A stretch of 64,000 nt of DNA. It comes from Eledone cirrhosa. Taxonomy: Eukaryota. The notes under the pieces are model-generated. The model searched no databases, was not told the DNA's origin, and was given only the letters and a program-made list of their open reading frames with translations. Location: contig OZ024743.1 in the NCBI GenBank assembly GCA_964016885.1, positions 69,564,001-69,628,000 of the forward strand, written 5' to 3'. Made by a program: the position numbers and the translations under genes. Positions 1 through 14,054 of this stretch are shown piece by piece (within the stretch, counting starts at the first letter, position 1; the number at the start of each line of letters is the position of its first letter).

Positions 1-1923
1 TTTCATGACCCACACATACAGACATATCTATCTGTGTGTACATATATATGTGTGTGCTTGTATGTATAGATTTAAAATGGCACGTTTTTAGCCGGTCCAT
101 TTCCTCAACTATTGCTGACTTTTATGGGAAATCAGCTCTCTTATCAATGCCAACCATTAAACATTTTTTTCTCTGGTGTGTTCCTAGTAGAATTTTTCTG
201 CGTGGAAAAAAAAAACATCACAAACAAACAAGACGTTTAGCTTATTAAAAAACTGGTTGTTAGCCAAAAATATTCTGTCTGTGTTGAATTTGCTAATAAC
301 ATATGTGTGATTTATGATTTCAGGAGGTAATATTGTTTTTACTATTACATATTTTTTCTATCCTGTGAATTTATCTTCATAATATATCAATAATATATGA
401 CAACTACACAGAGGTCAACAACGAAAGTACTACCACGATCTCCATCATCAGTCACGATATTCACGTTGCAATAATTCAAGAAACAGTCTTACTACTAGAC
501 TACAGGACACCAAACATTAAAAATTATATTGAAATGAGATCAGACGGCCACTTTCATTTTTATAACATACATAAAAATACATGAATTCAAACTATAGTTA
601 TTACAAATGACATTTGTAAAATAATACAGAACGACACTAAAAGAAAGACAAGCTTCCAAAATAAAAATAAAGACATAAACACAGACCAACACATAGTCAT
701 ATATTAATCATGGATAGATTATATCTCTGACCTTATAAACTATACTACAAGATTACACACAATAACTACAAAATATTAATGCTCTCACACTTATTATATC
801 TTGGGATTAGGTACCAAATAGTTAAGGTAATAAATGACTTAACATAATGGTTTCTGATTTAGGCAAAGGACCAACAAATTTAGGGAAGGGATGGTGCATT
901 ATTTTATCGACCTGGTAAGGATAAAAAGCAAAACTAACTTCGTCAATCTCTAACATAATATCATCAACACACGACTCCATTTATATCCTAAACAATCAAC
1001 GACACATTCACAGATGTTAGCCAGCTAACAACACTAACTCTTCCCCAGACGCCATTTTCTATTCAATGGTGAGATGGTCAGAGAGAAATAGGCTCTTCCA
1101 ACGTGAGACTAAATCAACTACAGCAGGCCACACATGCATAAAAAAATCATATACACGCAGAAATAATTACAATATCAATAATCACATTGGCACCAGACAT
1201 TGGACTGTGATACATAAAAAAATAAGTGCAGTCGAACATCATGATCACATACAATGTGACCACCAGGATCATTACCTATCGGGTTTTATTTTATTTTATT
1301 CATTTTTCTTATATAAAAATACACATTGGAAAATCTGGATATATTATGTATATAATAAATAGGAGGGTAACGACTGTCATTGCCTTTTGGTCTGCTGAAT
1401 CAAGGATGACACTAGGATAAACAACAAGTAGCATGAATACAAACTATAGGTCGAGGAGCCTCAACCTGATTGCTTTTACTGCTAGAAAATGCTGCAAAAT
1501 TCCCATCTAATCACCAACTATTTTGCTAAAAAGAATACGTTGGAAAATGTAGCCCTAGATGTCAGACTACCAGCGACTAAAGAACAAGAGCAACAACAAT
1601 CACACGCAAATAGATTAGATGGGGCAGAGAGTGCAAGAAGGTTACACTGTCCTCTATATAATTCAGCACTGTATGTTGTTCAGTATTTGTATTACAGAAA
1701 TAGGCTGGACATTGGAGAGACTACAATATGTCTAAACTGCCACATTAAGAGATAGAAAGTGAACACTATATGTTGTAGTGTGTAGTGTCTGCTAGAACAC
1801 AAACATTGAGGTGGCAGTGAAGACAGTAGCTTGATTTACATAACAAGTTGAGGATTTATTCAAATAGATTCATTAATGATACATTACACATAATTAATTA
1901 AGTGTTAATCGGTTGATTAAATT

Positions 1924-1980
<57 letters not shown>

Positions 1981-2247
1981 TATAGGTAAGTTATTCCGGG
2001 TTGAATCGGAGGTAACAACAGTAAGTAAGGTACACAGTACATAGCAGAGTATAAAAGTTATACATATATATATATATATATATATATGGGATAACAAGTT
2101 ATCGTTATAGTTAATCTACGCCGTGGATAGTTTTAACGTACGGCTTTGTTTGACTCAACAAGGTGCTCCCATAGTTATGCAGCGAGTTCGCGGTAATTTC
2201 TATGCAGGTTATACTTGAAGTAATAATAGTTAAAAAATGAAGAGTAC

Positions 2248-2358
2248 GTACTCTGATGTGTTGACCAGAGGTAAATAAAGTATTGGAAATCGAGTGACGC
2301 AACTTCAAGCGATTGGCGAACTCTAGACTCACCTGATCAACGAAACAATTCTCAGTAC
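2248..2358 (+). ncRNA. Degenerate type I hammerhead ribozyme motif
   Basis: GTACT-CTGATGT-(stem II GTTGA..CAG..GGT/ACCTGATCAAC with long loop)-GAAA-CAATTC-TC-AGTAC. It has an A9->U change and one mismatch in a CAATTG-like helix III, within a repeat flanked by (TA)n. Confidence 0.6.
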
Positions 2359-2408
2359 TTTAAATAAAGCCCCTTATTGTACAGCCAACCATGTTACTCT
2401 TCATTCTT

Positions 2409-2460
<52 letters not shown>

Positions 2461-2463
<3 letters not shown>

Positions 2464-2574
2464 TATGAAGAGAGAAGAAACATTTAGATATAATTAGTAA
2501 TAAAATGTATCATACAGTTGGGTGCGGATGCATTCATGTATATATGTGTGTGTCCGCATGTATCTGTGTGTTTC

Positions 2575-2580
<6 letters not shown>
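2461..2580. mobile_element. Short inverted+direct fragment of the 595-bp hammerhead repeat family
   Basis: 2461-2515 is the reverse complement of part of the 61346-62568 unit. 2516-2580 matches the unit end directly. Both sides are (TA)n. Confidence 0.8.
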
Positions 2581-2618
<38 letters not shown>

Positions 2619-3270
2619 CGTGTTGGATGTGTAACGGTAGTTACAGACAGCGCACGTTTTGAAACACTCAATGCTGTTACGAGGTCCGCATCGTGTAGAT
2701 TGTATTCCAGAATTAAGGTAGCTGTAGTGTGCAGGTTGTAAATGGATTGTGTAGAATCGGATTCAATGTTGCAGCACATGTACACACGTTATTGGCACAT
2801 TACAATTTGTTCAATATCGATCCGCTCAGGGTACAATCAAAATGGCATCTCGACATCTCGTCAGATATGTGAGTTTATATGCGCCATTAGATGTCTTCGT
2901 ACACATAAATTAGCATTTAACCCTTCTCTCGGAAACACAGAAAGTTGAAAATATAGAGTTAATTTAACGAATGATGTGCTCATGGGTGATGCTATATAAT
3001 AGCTCATAAAATAGGGGGAAGCCGCTTAAAAGAGTTTTGTAACAGTCAGAAAGATAGGCTACGTATAATGATGTTTGTTTATATATGATGTCTGTTCACA
3101 TCTGAAACTGTGTTTCAGCTATTTTAAGACAGTAAGAGTGTTCCCCGTCCCTTAGCATAATGGTTAAAAACACGTAACCAGTATCTGGGAGATATGAGGG
3201 TTCGATTCGGCATAGCGGCCGATGGCAACTTATATTTTAGACATTTGAGTGTGTTCAACATATATTATAA

Positions 3271-3647
3271 GGTATTGGATTGGCAGTATCGGTAGAGGTT
3301 CGGACGCCATGCTTTGACGCATAGAGTTACGGCCCTTGCCATTCTGAGTTCAAATCCCGCCGAGGTTAACTTTGCCTTTCATCCTTACGGGGTCGATAAA
3401 ATAAAGTACCAGTAATGTACTGGGTAATTTTCTGGCCTTGTGCCAATAGTAGAAACAATTATAAGGTATTAGGGCGGTGGATTGGTTGGACGCCATGCTT
3501 TGCAGCAAAGAGTTACGGCCCTTTATGATCTGAGTTCAAATCCTGCCGAGGTTAATTTTGCCTTTCATTCTTACGTGGTCGATAAAATAAAGTACCAGTA
3601 ATGCACTGGTTAATTGATGTCCTTGTGCCAAAAGTATAAACAATTAT
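3271..3647 (+). mobile_element. Two tandem tRNA-derived SINEs (family A, OK-like)
   Basis: A-box-like TGGCAGTATCGG, B-box GAGTTCAAATCC, conserved core GGTTAACTTTGCCTTTCATCCTTACGGGGTCGATAAAATAAAGTACCAG, and end GGCCTTGTGCC..AGAAACAATTAT. Confidence 0.85.
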
Positions 3648-3848
3648 AAGGTATTTCATAGTGTCTTCGCACAGGAGCATTCTGTATATTAAATCAAGGC
3701 ATATAGCTACATAAAATGATTAGCTATGTTTTTCTTCCATTGCCATTGCTATATTTATTTTGAAAATGAAATGAGATTTTTTCAAAACGCTCAGCTAGAT
3801 GCCTTTTTCTTCTGTCAAGGAAAGTGTAGAAATGTTCTCACACACACA

Positions 3849-3912
<64 letters not shown>

Positions 3913-5079
3913 TACACGCACACACAATATAAAATCCAAAGTTTTGTTATAATTTGGGAGATTCATACTGCCAATAAAATCGCACGCAGCTGCTGATTTT
4001 CACTTCAACCTATTATAAACTTCCAGTTGGTTAATTTAGTAAAGGGATGGTTGCTTATTTGTTTATTATTAAACCTCTTTCGTCACACAATCTGTGACCT
4101 CCTTAGTGACTAATTTATTTTGTGTTTGTCCTTTGTTCTGTCCTACACCATCAGATTGTTATATATATATATGACGAGAGTACATACACTGTTACATAGA
4201 AGGTACACAGTACTACTGCAGAGTGACTAAAGCTAATTTAAATTAAATAGCCAAAGGTTACGACTTTTCAGTTAACTGATGATATGAAGTACTGTAATAG
4301 GAGGGGTTTCGAATAGAAACAAAAGTAAAAGAATAAATCAGAAAATGAGGTTAGAAATAATGAAATTAAGAAGCAGACTGATATGACAGCACAATGAGAA
4401 AACAGATATATTGATTTTCGGAAAATAAATGGACAATATATAAATGAAATATGGCAAGGAAATGGAAAATATTTAACACAAGTATACAAAAATGTCATCA
4501 GCATTACATCTTGCAAACTTAAGAGTATATTTATTTCTGTTTTGTTTAGGCGCAAGTCCGGACAAGTTTGGGGCAGGGGAAGCATTCCGATTACATCAAA
4601 ATCAAGTACTTAATTCGTACATTGGATTTTGATCCCAGAAAGATGAATAGCAAAGTTGATACCAGTGAGATTTGAGCTCAAAACGTTAAGTGTAGCTTCG
4701 AGTTTTAAATACGAGATGGAAAAACATTTACAGCAGCTGAGAACTCTTTAATATAAACAGTAGATTTTACCACTGGAAATAGCAAACATCCCTTCTATCA
4801 ACCCAAGACAAAGAAATTCAGCCCTCAGCTAAACATTAGACTTATCGTGTCTGGCATAGACGAACTATTTTATATTTCATGAATCCTGATCCAATCCGTA
4901 AAACCTTAATGAATACCTTTCCTAAATAGGATAATACCTCAAGTGGTGTCATTAACAAACACCAAAACATCAAATCTATCTCACTTAAAAAGAGTAGATA
5001 CCCTTTTAACCTTAACATATTTTCCCTCTATATTTCTATAACTGATCTCACAACAGTCATAGTTTTTAGTAACATAATC

Positions 5080-6460
5080 CTCATCTTCCACATATTCACG
5101 GGAAGATCGTGGGGCTAGTCCCTAAACACGCCATCAAGCGAGTCCTATTAGAACCAACAGACTGCAATTAATCCGGCTGGATCCTCAAATAAGACCAGCT
5201 ACGCTCAGATATGTTATCCAGCCAGCTTGCTCGGTGTCTACCACTGGGCCTCGCATGGTCGTTATCCAATATTCATTACCATAGGTAGGTGTCGGCAAGA
5301 ATACACATTTGAAGATAGCGAATTTGGCCTTTACACCTACCCACGTTCTTCTGATAACCACATGGTGACGCTGGCGCATTACTGCACCAGCTTCAGCAAT
5401 TCTGGCACTTAATTCAGCCTCCTGCTTTCAATCACACGTGAAACCGGTCCCGCGATACTTGAACTTCTCAATCAGTTTTAATGAAAATCCATTCACATGT
5501 AGAGTGATATGCGCAAGCTGCCTTTAGAGGACGAGTCTCTCACACGTTACACCAATGATTTACTTTCATGTTGTGCAGCACATGGCAACACACCTACCAA
5601 GTGCATATCGGAGATCACCTTCTGATGATTTAAATGATATGATGTCATCCGCAAAATGGAGCCAACTGATCCTACACCCGCCTATTTTGATACCACTTGC
5701 AATGAGGCTGCTCATGTCAATCCTGTTCATGACAATTATATACAGGAGAAGCTACAGTAAGCATCCATGGACGAGTCTGCCACCCACATTGTATGGTTTT
5801 CACTTAATATGATTTACCCGTAGACCAGAACCAGGGTATCCATATAGAGATATCAGGGCGAAGAAGCTGACTACTGACCCCATACAGCTGTAGAAATTCC
5901 ACAACCATTTCCGCGGAACATGGCCATATGCCTTTTTTAAGGTCTTTGAAATAGGAATACACCTCTTGGCAATGTTGCCACAATTTCTCAAATATCTGAC
6001 GCAGCATTGTTAGTCAGCTAGTTTGGACTCAACAATATTCCAAAATCTATTTGCCAGACACTGAGCATAAAATTTAGTGGTATGGCTTAATAAGGAAATT
6101 CTTCTGTGATTGGATCCATTTCTCTTGTCTCCCTTTTTGAAAATTGGGATCATCATTCCCAATTGCCATTACTCAGGTGCATTTCCAGAGATCCAAGACG
6201 CCCAGCCCACACGAGTCAACCAGACAATACCTTCTTTATATGAGACTTTTAACATCACGGACCGAATTTCCTCTTCTCCAGAACCTGCCCATATTTGAGC
6301 AATTTAATTGCTCTGGTGAATTCAGACTCCGAAACCTTAGTCATCGTAATGATGTGCACCACGCGTCCATCGGAAGATGCTGTTGTCACCTGATTTAGGA
6401 AATCAGCAAGATATTCTCTCCACATCGCCACGATGCATCTCTCTTGATAAACCCGATATT
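5080..6460 (-). mobile_element. Decayed RTE-clade LINE, RT region and 3' end
   Basis: Frameshifted peptides LKKAYGHVPRKWLW, FADDII, KAKFAIFKCVFLPTPTYGNEYW. Homologous to 10398-11415 and 50390-51000. Confidence 0.75.
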
Positions 6461-6907
6461 TCTGAAATGGTGATTTCTACTCGCATGTCATTCACTATAT
6501 CATATATGCATTATAGTTTTCATTAACACAAATATTTCAATTTTCAATGTTTAAATTTCAGCAATTTATGTCATATATTGCAATTTTCAACATTAACTCA
6601 ATTTAATTTTATGCAATTCTTCACACAAAATATTGTATTTCTAAAAGATTTAATTGAACTTTTCGGTTTCATGCATTCTATTTCCTATTTCTATCTATGT
6701 CTTAAATATTGTTTCATATATTTACACTTATGTATTTCAAATAGTTTTTCAAATTTATATCAGTTTCATTAATTATCATCCATTCATAGACACTAATTTA
6801 TTTAATGTTAATTTTCTTTTTCAATTACCTTACGAACAACTCTCATTTTATACGTTTCAGTTTCAGCTTTCAATTTGATATATTCTGATTTTCAACATTG
6901 ATATAGT

Positions 6908-7286
6908 TTTCCCTCGCATCCATATATACCCATTTCCCTCGCATCCATATATACCCATTTCCCTCGCATCCATATATACCCATTTCCCTCGCATCCATAT
7001 ATACCCATTTCCCTCGCATCCATATATACCCATTTCCCTCGCATCCATATATACCCATTTCCCTCGCATCCATATATACCCATTTCCCTCGCATCCATAT
7101 ATACCCATTTCTCTCGCATCCATATATACCCATTTCCCTCGCATCCATATATACCCATTTCCCTCGCATCCATATATACCCATTTCCCTCGCATCCATAT
7201 ATACCCATTTCCCTCGCATCCATATATACCCATTTCCCTCGCATCCGTATATACCCATTTCCCTCGCATCCATATATACCCATTTC
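6908..7286. repeat. 25-bp minisatellite, ~15 copies
   Basis: Unit TTTCCCTCGCATCCATATATACCCA, nearly invariant. Confidence 0.97.
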
Positions 7287-7839
7287 ATACACATATATCA
7301 AGGCAAAAGAGATACAATATTTTGATACAACAATGCTCACCAAGGAAGACTAACTGCATAAATTCGAACAGAGATGGTCTATTTTCAAGCTTTAAAAATC
7401 GAGGAGGATGAATATTGATGTCTAAATTAGACATAAGCTCAGTGAAATAGAGATAAAGCCAGAGTTCATTTCATCTGACCCAGCATTTGACTGGTATTTT
7501 TGCTTTGTCAACACCAGAAGGAGGAACGGTAAAGTTGATTTAGGTATTTGAACTCAGATGGTAAAGAGCCAGAACAAATAGAAACATATCATTTAATCCG
7601 GCACACAACAGATTCGGCAGATCTCGGGTGTAAATATTACAGCGATGAAAGGTTGACAGGAAAAAATGTTTACCCCAAAAAAAGCACATTAAACAGTTGA
7701 TAGATGACATAGACAAGAAACATACAGACGAAGAGTTACTGCAAAGCAATTAGGGACAGTTACATAAAAAAGGAAGGTTTTACAGTGACTATTTCATAAT
7801 TGATGGACAAATGTATGCTAAATATTCGAATTCTAGTGT

Positions 7840-7940
<101 letters not shown>

Positions 7941-8198
7941 TCTCTGTTGTATATATATATATGCAAAAGGAAAATAGAAATAACAAAAAAAAGGACACAG
8001 TACCCTGAATAAATATACTATTAGTTTTACACTTGATATAGTAGGGAAACAATCTTAACCTTCAGACGCTAATCCTTCATCGGAAAGTAGAATGAAAAAT
8101 CAAAAAAGAAATAGAAATATAGAGGGAAGTGGGCAGTGGCAGATACGATAAAAAAATAATTCTTAGAGAAAAAACACGTCCTTTCAAATCGCAATATA

Positions 8199-8242
<44 letters not shown>

Positions 8243-8319
8243 CAAAGAAGGTGTGGTAAGATACCAGGTGGACCATAACGCACCAGAGTACTCGATACTT
8301 AGGGTAGTAGAGTCGCTAA

Positions 8320-8384
8320 TAGGAAAAGAGTCGGGACCCCGACGGCTGAGCTCCAGCCTTTTCGACAGCTAGATCCGACTCTTT

Positions 8385-8388
<4 letters not shown>
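8320..8388. repeat. Short hairpin element, member of a dispersed family
   Basis: AGGAAAAGAGTCGGGA...TCCGACTCTTTCCT inverted repeat. Related starts occur at ~28319 and ~31933 next to (TA)n. Confidence 0.55.
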
Positions 8389-8427
<39 letters not shown>

Positions 8428-9371
8428 TCACCCAGTCCCAAAAGAGTTACATAGTTCCACTGAAGATGACAAGACATAGGTTGATCTGTGTCTGTTAAAT
8501 GACTCCTGCCCCAAATGCTATGATATTTTATGAAATCCAGGGCCTAATGATATTGAAGCGACCCTCTTAACCATTCGACTACGCTACGTCCACATCATAC
8601 ATATGTATTAAAATAAAGTGCTTTTACAATTTTAAACAGTAACTGTTCCGACATTTAGGATTAGATATGGAATTAAATTTTGAGAAAAGATTTGCAGATG
8701 TGATGAATAAATGTTAATATCGTCAATGAGAATATTTCTATTGTTTGTTAAATATTTTTAAAAATATCAATTAATTCAACTTCATGTAAAGACGACTGTC
8801 TATTCAAGTAAATTATTTTTTTAGAAGACTTGCGGGATAGAATGGCTAATGTACAGAAACGAGAATCAGCTGCAAAATATATTTATAGAACTTCAGAATC
8901 ACATCAAGGTTTGTGTACATGATAACATTTGGCATGTTGAAAATTAGTAATTTCAAAATTTAATCTAAATAAGCAATAAATTATTTCACTTATCCTAACA
9001 AATGAATTTTACAATACACACACACACAGGCAGGCACACACGCACGCACGCACACACACATATATAAGTATATGTATATACAGTATATATTAGATATTAG
9101 TTTAACAATGATTGATAATAATAAAGAAGGCAAGTTATTGTTCATATCCCTTTCATTGTTTTGCGATCGTTTCGGGAGGTTAATCATATACATATATTGA
9201 CTGATCTATAGCAGTTAAAGAACTGTATACTATCAAACATTATATATGTGTTCGATCGTACGTCTTCTTCGAAAACAAAGTATATATATACATATACAAA
9301 GTATATATATATATATATATATACTTTGTATATGTATATATATACTTTGTATATGTATATGTATATATATA

Positions 9372-9858
9372 TATGTATATATAGTGTATTTTGCAATGTA
9401 CTGTATGCTTAATTAAAAACATTTCGAAGACCTTACGCTATTGTTTTAGAGTAGTGACAGTCTCACTTACTTTACATTTTCAGCAAACAGGGGAGATAAA
9501 GCTGAGAGAGTTCTGTTTCGTACTGATTGGTACTTATCAAAGCCAAGTACTCCACCTGTTTGCTGAAAAATCATGAATGTTTGATTCTTATAGTATTCTA
9601 GTAACAATCAGGAACTGATTATACAGAGTGGTTGCCGGTCAAGCAGAAATTGAAAATTAGAATTGGTGCTCTGAAATAGCGATATATATATGAATGTATA
9701 TATAGTGTATTTTGCAATACACTGTTTGCTTAATTAAAAACATTTCGAAGACCTTATGCTATTGTTTTAGAGTAGTGTCAGTCTCACTTACTTTAAATTT
9801 TCAGCAAACAGCGGAGATAAAGCTGACAGAGCTATGTTTCGTACTGATTGGTATTTGA
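9372..9858 (-). mobile_element. 321-bp-period hammerhead-bearing repeat (~1.5 units)
   Basis: AGTGTATTTTGCAAT recurs at 9383 and 9704 (321 bp apart). Homologous to 55003-55368. Confidence 0.8.
9500..9544 (-). ncRNA. Type I hammerhead motif, U3-A8 core variant
   Basis: Minus strand GGCT-TTGATAA-GTAC caatca GTAC-GAAA-CAGAACTCTC-TC-AGCT. The second copy (9821-9855) has CATAGCTCTG, so the consensus helix III is the palindrome CAGAGCTCTG. Confidence 0.7.
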
Positions 9859-9988
9859 CAGCGAAGAGAATAGAGTTATCAATATCGATGTAGAATTTTA
9901 ATATTAATTTTATTAGGGCTAAATATTGAGTCTTGTTACTCTGGAGACACAAGACTCTCTATTTAGCCGGAATAAAATGAATTATATA

Positions 9989-10072
9989 TACATATCGGGT
10001 GTCTCAAATGTTATTTTGAATAGCAATATGTAGACCGAAATAGATTATAACGTTTGCGACACCCACTGTATA
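9989..10072. mobile_element. Tiny Tc1/mariner-like MITE remnant
   Basis: Imperfect TIRs TACATATCGGGTGTCTCAAA / TTTGCGACACCCACTGTA flanked by TA. Confidence 0.45.
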
Positions 10073-10204
10073 GGGGTATATGTATAATTGTGAATTAAAG
10101 TCAACTTATGTGTAGATGTGCACGAAATTCTTTTCCCCCGCTTCCCCTGTTGTTTCACGATCATACATATACTGTGGTGTTTGGTTTGTTATTTCTGTTT
10201 ATTT

Positions 10205-10296
<92 letters not shown>

Positions 10297-10351
10297 GCGC
10301 ACACACTTACACACACAGACTCATACTTATACACAGACACATATATATATG

Positions 10352-10382
<31 letters not shown>

Positions 10383-10397
10383 TTCACACAAAGATGT

Positions 10398-11415
10398 AGG
10401 GATATTGTCGAGACCAATCTAACGGATGAACAGTGGGGTTCTCGCCCGGACGCAGCACAGTCGACCAAATGTTCGCAATGCGGCAGTCGTTCGAAATATC
10501 GTGGGAATATTGCTAAGAGGTATATTATTGTTTTGTAGAACTCAAGAAGCCATATGACTACTTTTCTCTGGACTTGCTGTGGAAGGCTCGACAGTTTTAT
10601 GGGGTCGATGGTCAGCTTCTTGCTGCTCTGATGTCTTTATACGAATCCCCGTGTATTTGTGTCCGGATAAATGGTGCTAAATGTAAACCATTAAAAGTCT
10701 GAGTTGGACTACGCTAAGGGTGCGTATTGTCACCCCTCCTTTACATTATTTTCATGAACAGGATTGAAATACGCAGCCGGATTGGAAGTGGTGTCATGAC
10801 TAGCTGTAGTAAAATCAGTAGGCTGAAATTTGCATACGACATGGTATTACTTAACTCGAGATTTGATGCCTAGTGCTGCATGGTTGGAATTAAAATCAGT
10901 GCTGCTGTTATAGACACTCGTCCTCTCAAGGAAGCCTGCTCAGTGCACCCTACATGGGAATAGAGTTCCACTGAAGCAGGTGGAGAAGTTCAAGTATCTC
11001 GGGACGTGTTAACGATTGACGGAAGGGAGGTGGTGCAGTAATGCAACAGGTTCCGTAGTCAGTCATCAAAGAAGGTGGGTAGGCGAAAATCTAATGGCAG
11101 CAAGAATACGAAAGCGAATACAAGCAGCCGAAATGGGGTTCTCCGAAGGGTCTGCGGAGTAATGTTACTTGATAGTATGCGTAGCTCGGAGATCAGAGAG
11201 TCAATCCAGGCAGAAACACTACTTCTCCGAATTCAGAAACAATAGCTCCGATACTATGGGCAAGATTGTTGGATAACATCCATGACCTTGGCTGGTCCTA
11301 CTTAGGGATCCAGCCGAATCATTTGGAAACCATTGCTTCTGACAAGACCTGCTGGAAGGAGTGTCTGATCACACTGCTCCCACGACACTCTTAGGAATAC
11401 GTGGGCGACGAAGAT
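10398..11415 (+). mobile_element. Decayed RTE-clade LINE, RT to 3' end
   Basis: Peptides DIVETNLTDEQWGSRP, GCVLSPLLYIIFMNRI, LKQVEKFKYLG, IQAAEMG, with many stops and frameshifts. Confidence 0.8.
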
Positions 11416-12037
11416 ATATATAAATAGATAGATATTCAAATATATGGACACTTAACTCTTAACGGGGTCTTATCGGTGACATATGAATATTCTGGGTATC
11501 TTGGATATTTGGAACAAGATGAAGTTCATTCTCTCTCCAGATCTGAACACAGACGGTTTTATCAGAAAAAGGATAAAGTTTGAAAGAAATTAATATAGAG
11601 GAAATGGGAAAGAGATTAAGAGGAAGCATCTATTCAATATTAGATTACTAATTCATTTATCGAACTCGAAATAATGAAAGGCAATGTTGACCTTAACATG
11701 CTTCGGATTCACCTCACAGAAAGCTAGAAAGGGTATGGCAAAGCATTCTATCAGGCGTTCTAACAAATCGTGTCCAAGCGTGTACGAACAAAAATAAAGA
11801 TATTCAGAGCAGCAGTGCAACCTTTAAGAATAACCACCAATAGACGACAGACGCCGGCGTTGTTGAATACCTTTGTAGTTGTGTATAGTGGCTGTCTTCC
11901 TCATGCTACTCCCATCGCAACCACAGCTCCTCATACTACTCCTCTTCCTACCTGAACCACAACATTGCATGAATTCCTAAGCAACATAAAATAGGAAATA
12001 CTATCTGCCAGCCAAACAATACTTATAAACAGAGGCG

Positions 12038-12103
<66 letters not shown>

Positions 12104-12466
12104 TATATATGTGTGTGTGTGTGTGTCTAGGTGTTTGTGTGTATGTGTATATATATAGATATATATGTATGCGTGTGGGTACCCATATGAATGGACGTGT
12201 TTAATGAGGTTAACAATAATGAATGAAAGACTACGTCAATTTATGTGAAAGCTACGCCCTGGCTATATCCTCATTCATTTTTCTTTATGGGTGTGTGGGC
12301 GACACACACAAACAAATGCTCTGATATTATGGGAAAATGATTGATATTAATTTGTGGCACAAAGCCTAAAGTTGGTTTTGAGAACGTCTGTAAAGCGTAA
12401 CTGGACAATAATTTGGCTGCTAATAATTATAGCGCCGCTTGCATGGTGAGGAAACAGAAGTCATCA

Positions 12467-12567
<101 letters not shown>

Positions 12568-12956
12568 ATTTATGTTGTGTGGTTTACCAGTGGACAGAGC
12601 TGGTCATTTCGTTTTGTTAACTATGATGTACAAAGTAGAAAAGCATTCTACGATATGTAACTCATCCATTGATGATGTGGTATTCCGTGGCTAGTGCAGG
12701 ATTAAAACTTTAAAGGGACATTTCAAGCCCGGCATTTTCGAAAGACGTTGCAACCGATGGAAAACAGGAAGACGATACTTTGGTTCGTAAGGACGCTCCC
12801 TGGCAATGAACGGAAAAAAACGAGGATTATTGCGTCGTTATGTGATGCGAGGAGAACAATTTCTTGCAAAGACAAAAAAACATTTATGGTATAAATGAAG
12901 TCATTAGACTAATATTCTATTTAGGAAACCGAATGTTTCTAGGCTCGCAGTTTAAG

Positions 12957-13076
12957 AATAATTGTTTCTACTTTTAGCACAAGGCCAGTAATTACCCCAG
13001 TGTATTACTGGTACTTTATTTCATCGACCCCATAAGGATGAAAGGCAAAGTTAACCTCAGCGGAATTTGAACTCAG
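12957..13076 (-). mobile_element. SINE family A, 3' half
   Basis: Reverse complement of the family A core and tail. Confidence 0.85.
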
Positions 13077-13637
13077 TTTAAGAATAATGTAAATAAATTA
13101 GTTGAACGAAAATGACAGGTTATTTAAATCGTAATGTTAGTAATAATAGTTGATATAGGCCTGTGTATATATATATATATATAATATAAGATCAAAAGAT
13201 GGTTAAAGGAGTTCCATATATTTTATTATGCGCATTTCAAAAACAAACATCATCAAGCAATAATATTTGTGTTTTCATCTGATAAAACAGGAGAACATGA
13301 TATGAAGGCTAAAAAACACTTGTTGATAGTGCAGTTTTAAATCAACATATGAAAAGTGGTTTTAGATTGATGTGTGATATTGGGAAAAATATTTTATTTA
13401 GAGAGGGGGGGGGGAGGATGAAAAGGGAAGGAGATGAGAGGGAGAGATGGGTGATAGAGAGAAAGAGATAGTTTTTATAACTGAGAGGAGATATATTTTT
13501 TACATAGAGGGGTTGAAAACCGTTGGAAGATACTGTATAAATTAAAAATTTTGAAAATTAACGAAGGGAGGATATGTGCGAGGAAAAAATATCCGATATC
13601 TGCATTGCTTTATTGTACTACAATAAAACTCACCTCC

Positions 13638-13690
<53 letters not shown>

Positions 13691-13972
13691 GTACATACAC
13701 GTGCATATTCGAATACGCACGCAATACATACATATACACATTCGCATAAACACACGCTCACGTACGTATATCATGCAAAATTATACACATATACCCACGA
13801 ACATACGATCGTATACGCCTAAATACACATACATATATGTGTGTAGACATATAATTATATATGCATATATATACACACATGCGCGCATACCTACATATAA
13901 ATACACATATGTTCAAACATACGTACAATTATATATATATATATACATACGTACTCGTATACACGTATATAT

Positions 13973-14054
<82 letters not shown>

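Noticed and set aside
370-1360. Very faint Penelope RT/GIY-YIG-like remnants (IITYR..HIGKS)
   Set aside because: Too degenerate to support without a profile search.
3146-3222. tRNA-like sequence with A and B boxes
   Set aside because: No proper cloverleaf or acceptor stem; probably a decayed SINE head.
6863-7343. ORFs in three frames and a CRISPR-like regular repeat
   Set aside because: Pure 25-bp tandem with no unique spacers and no cas genes, in eukaryotic DNA.
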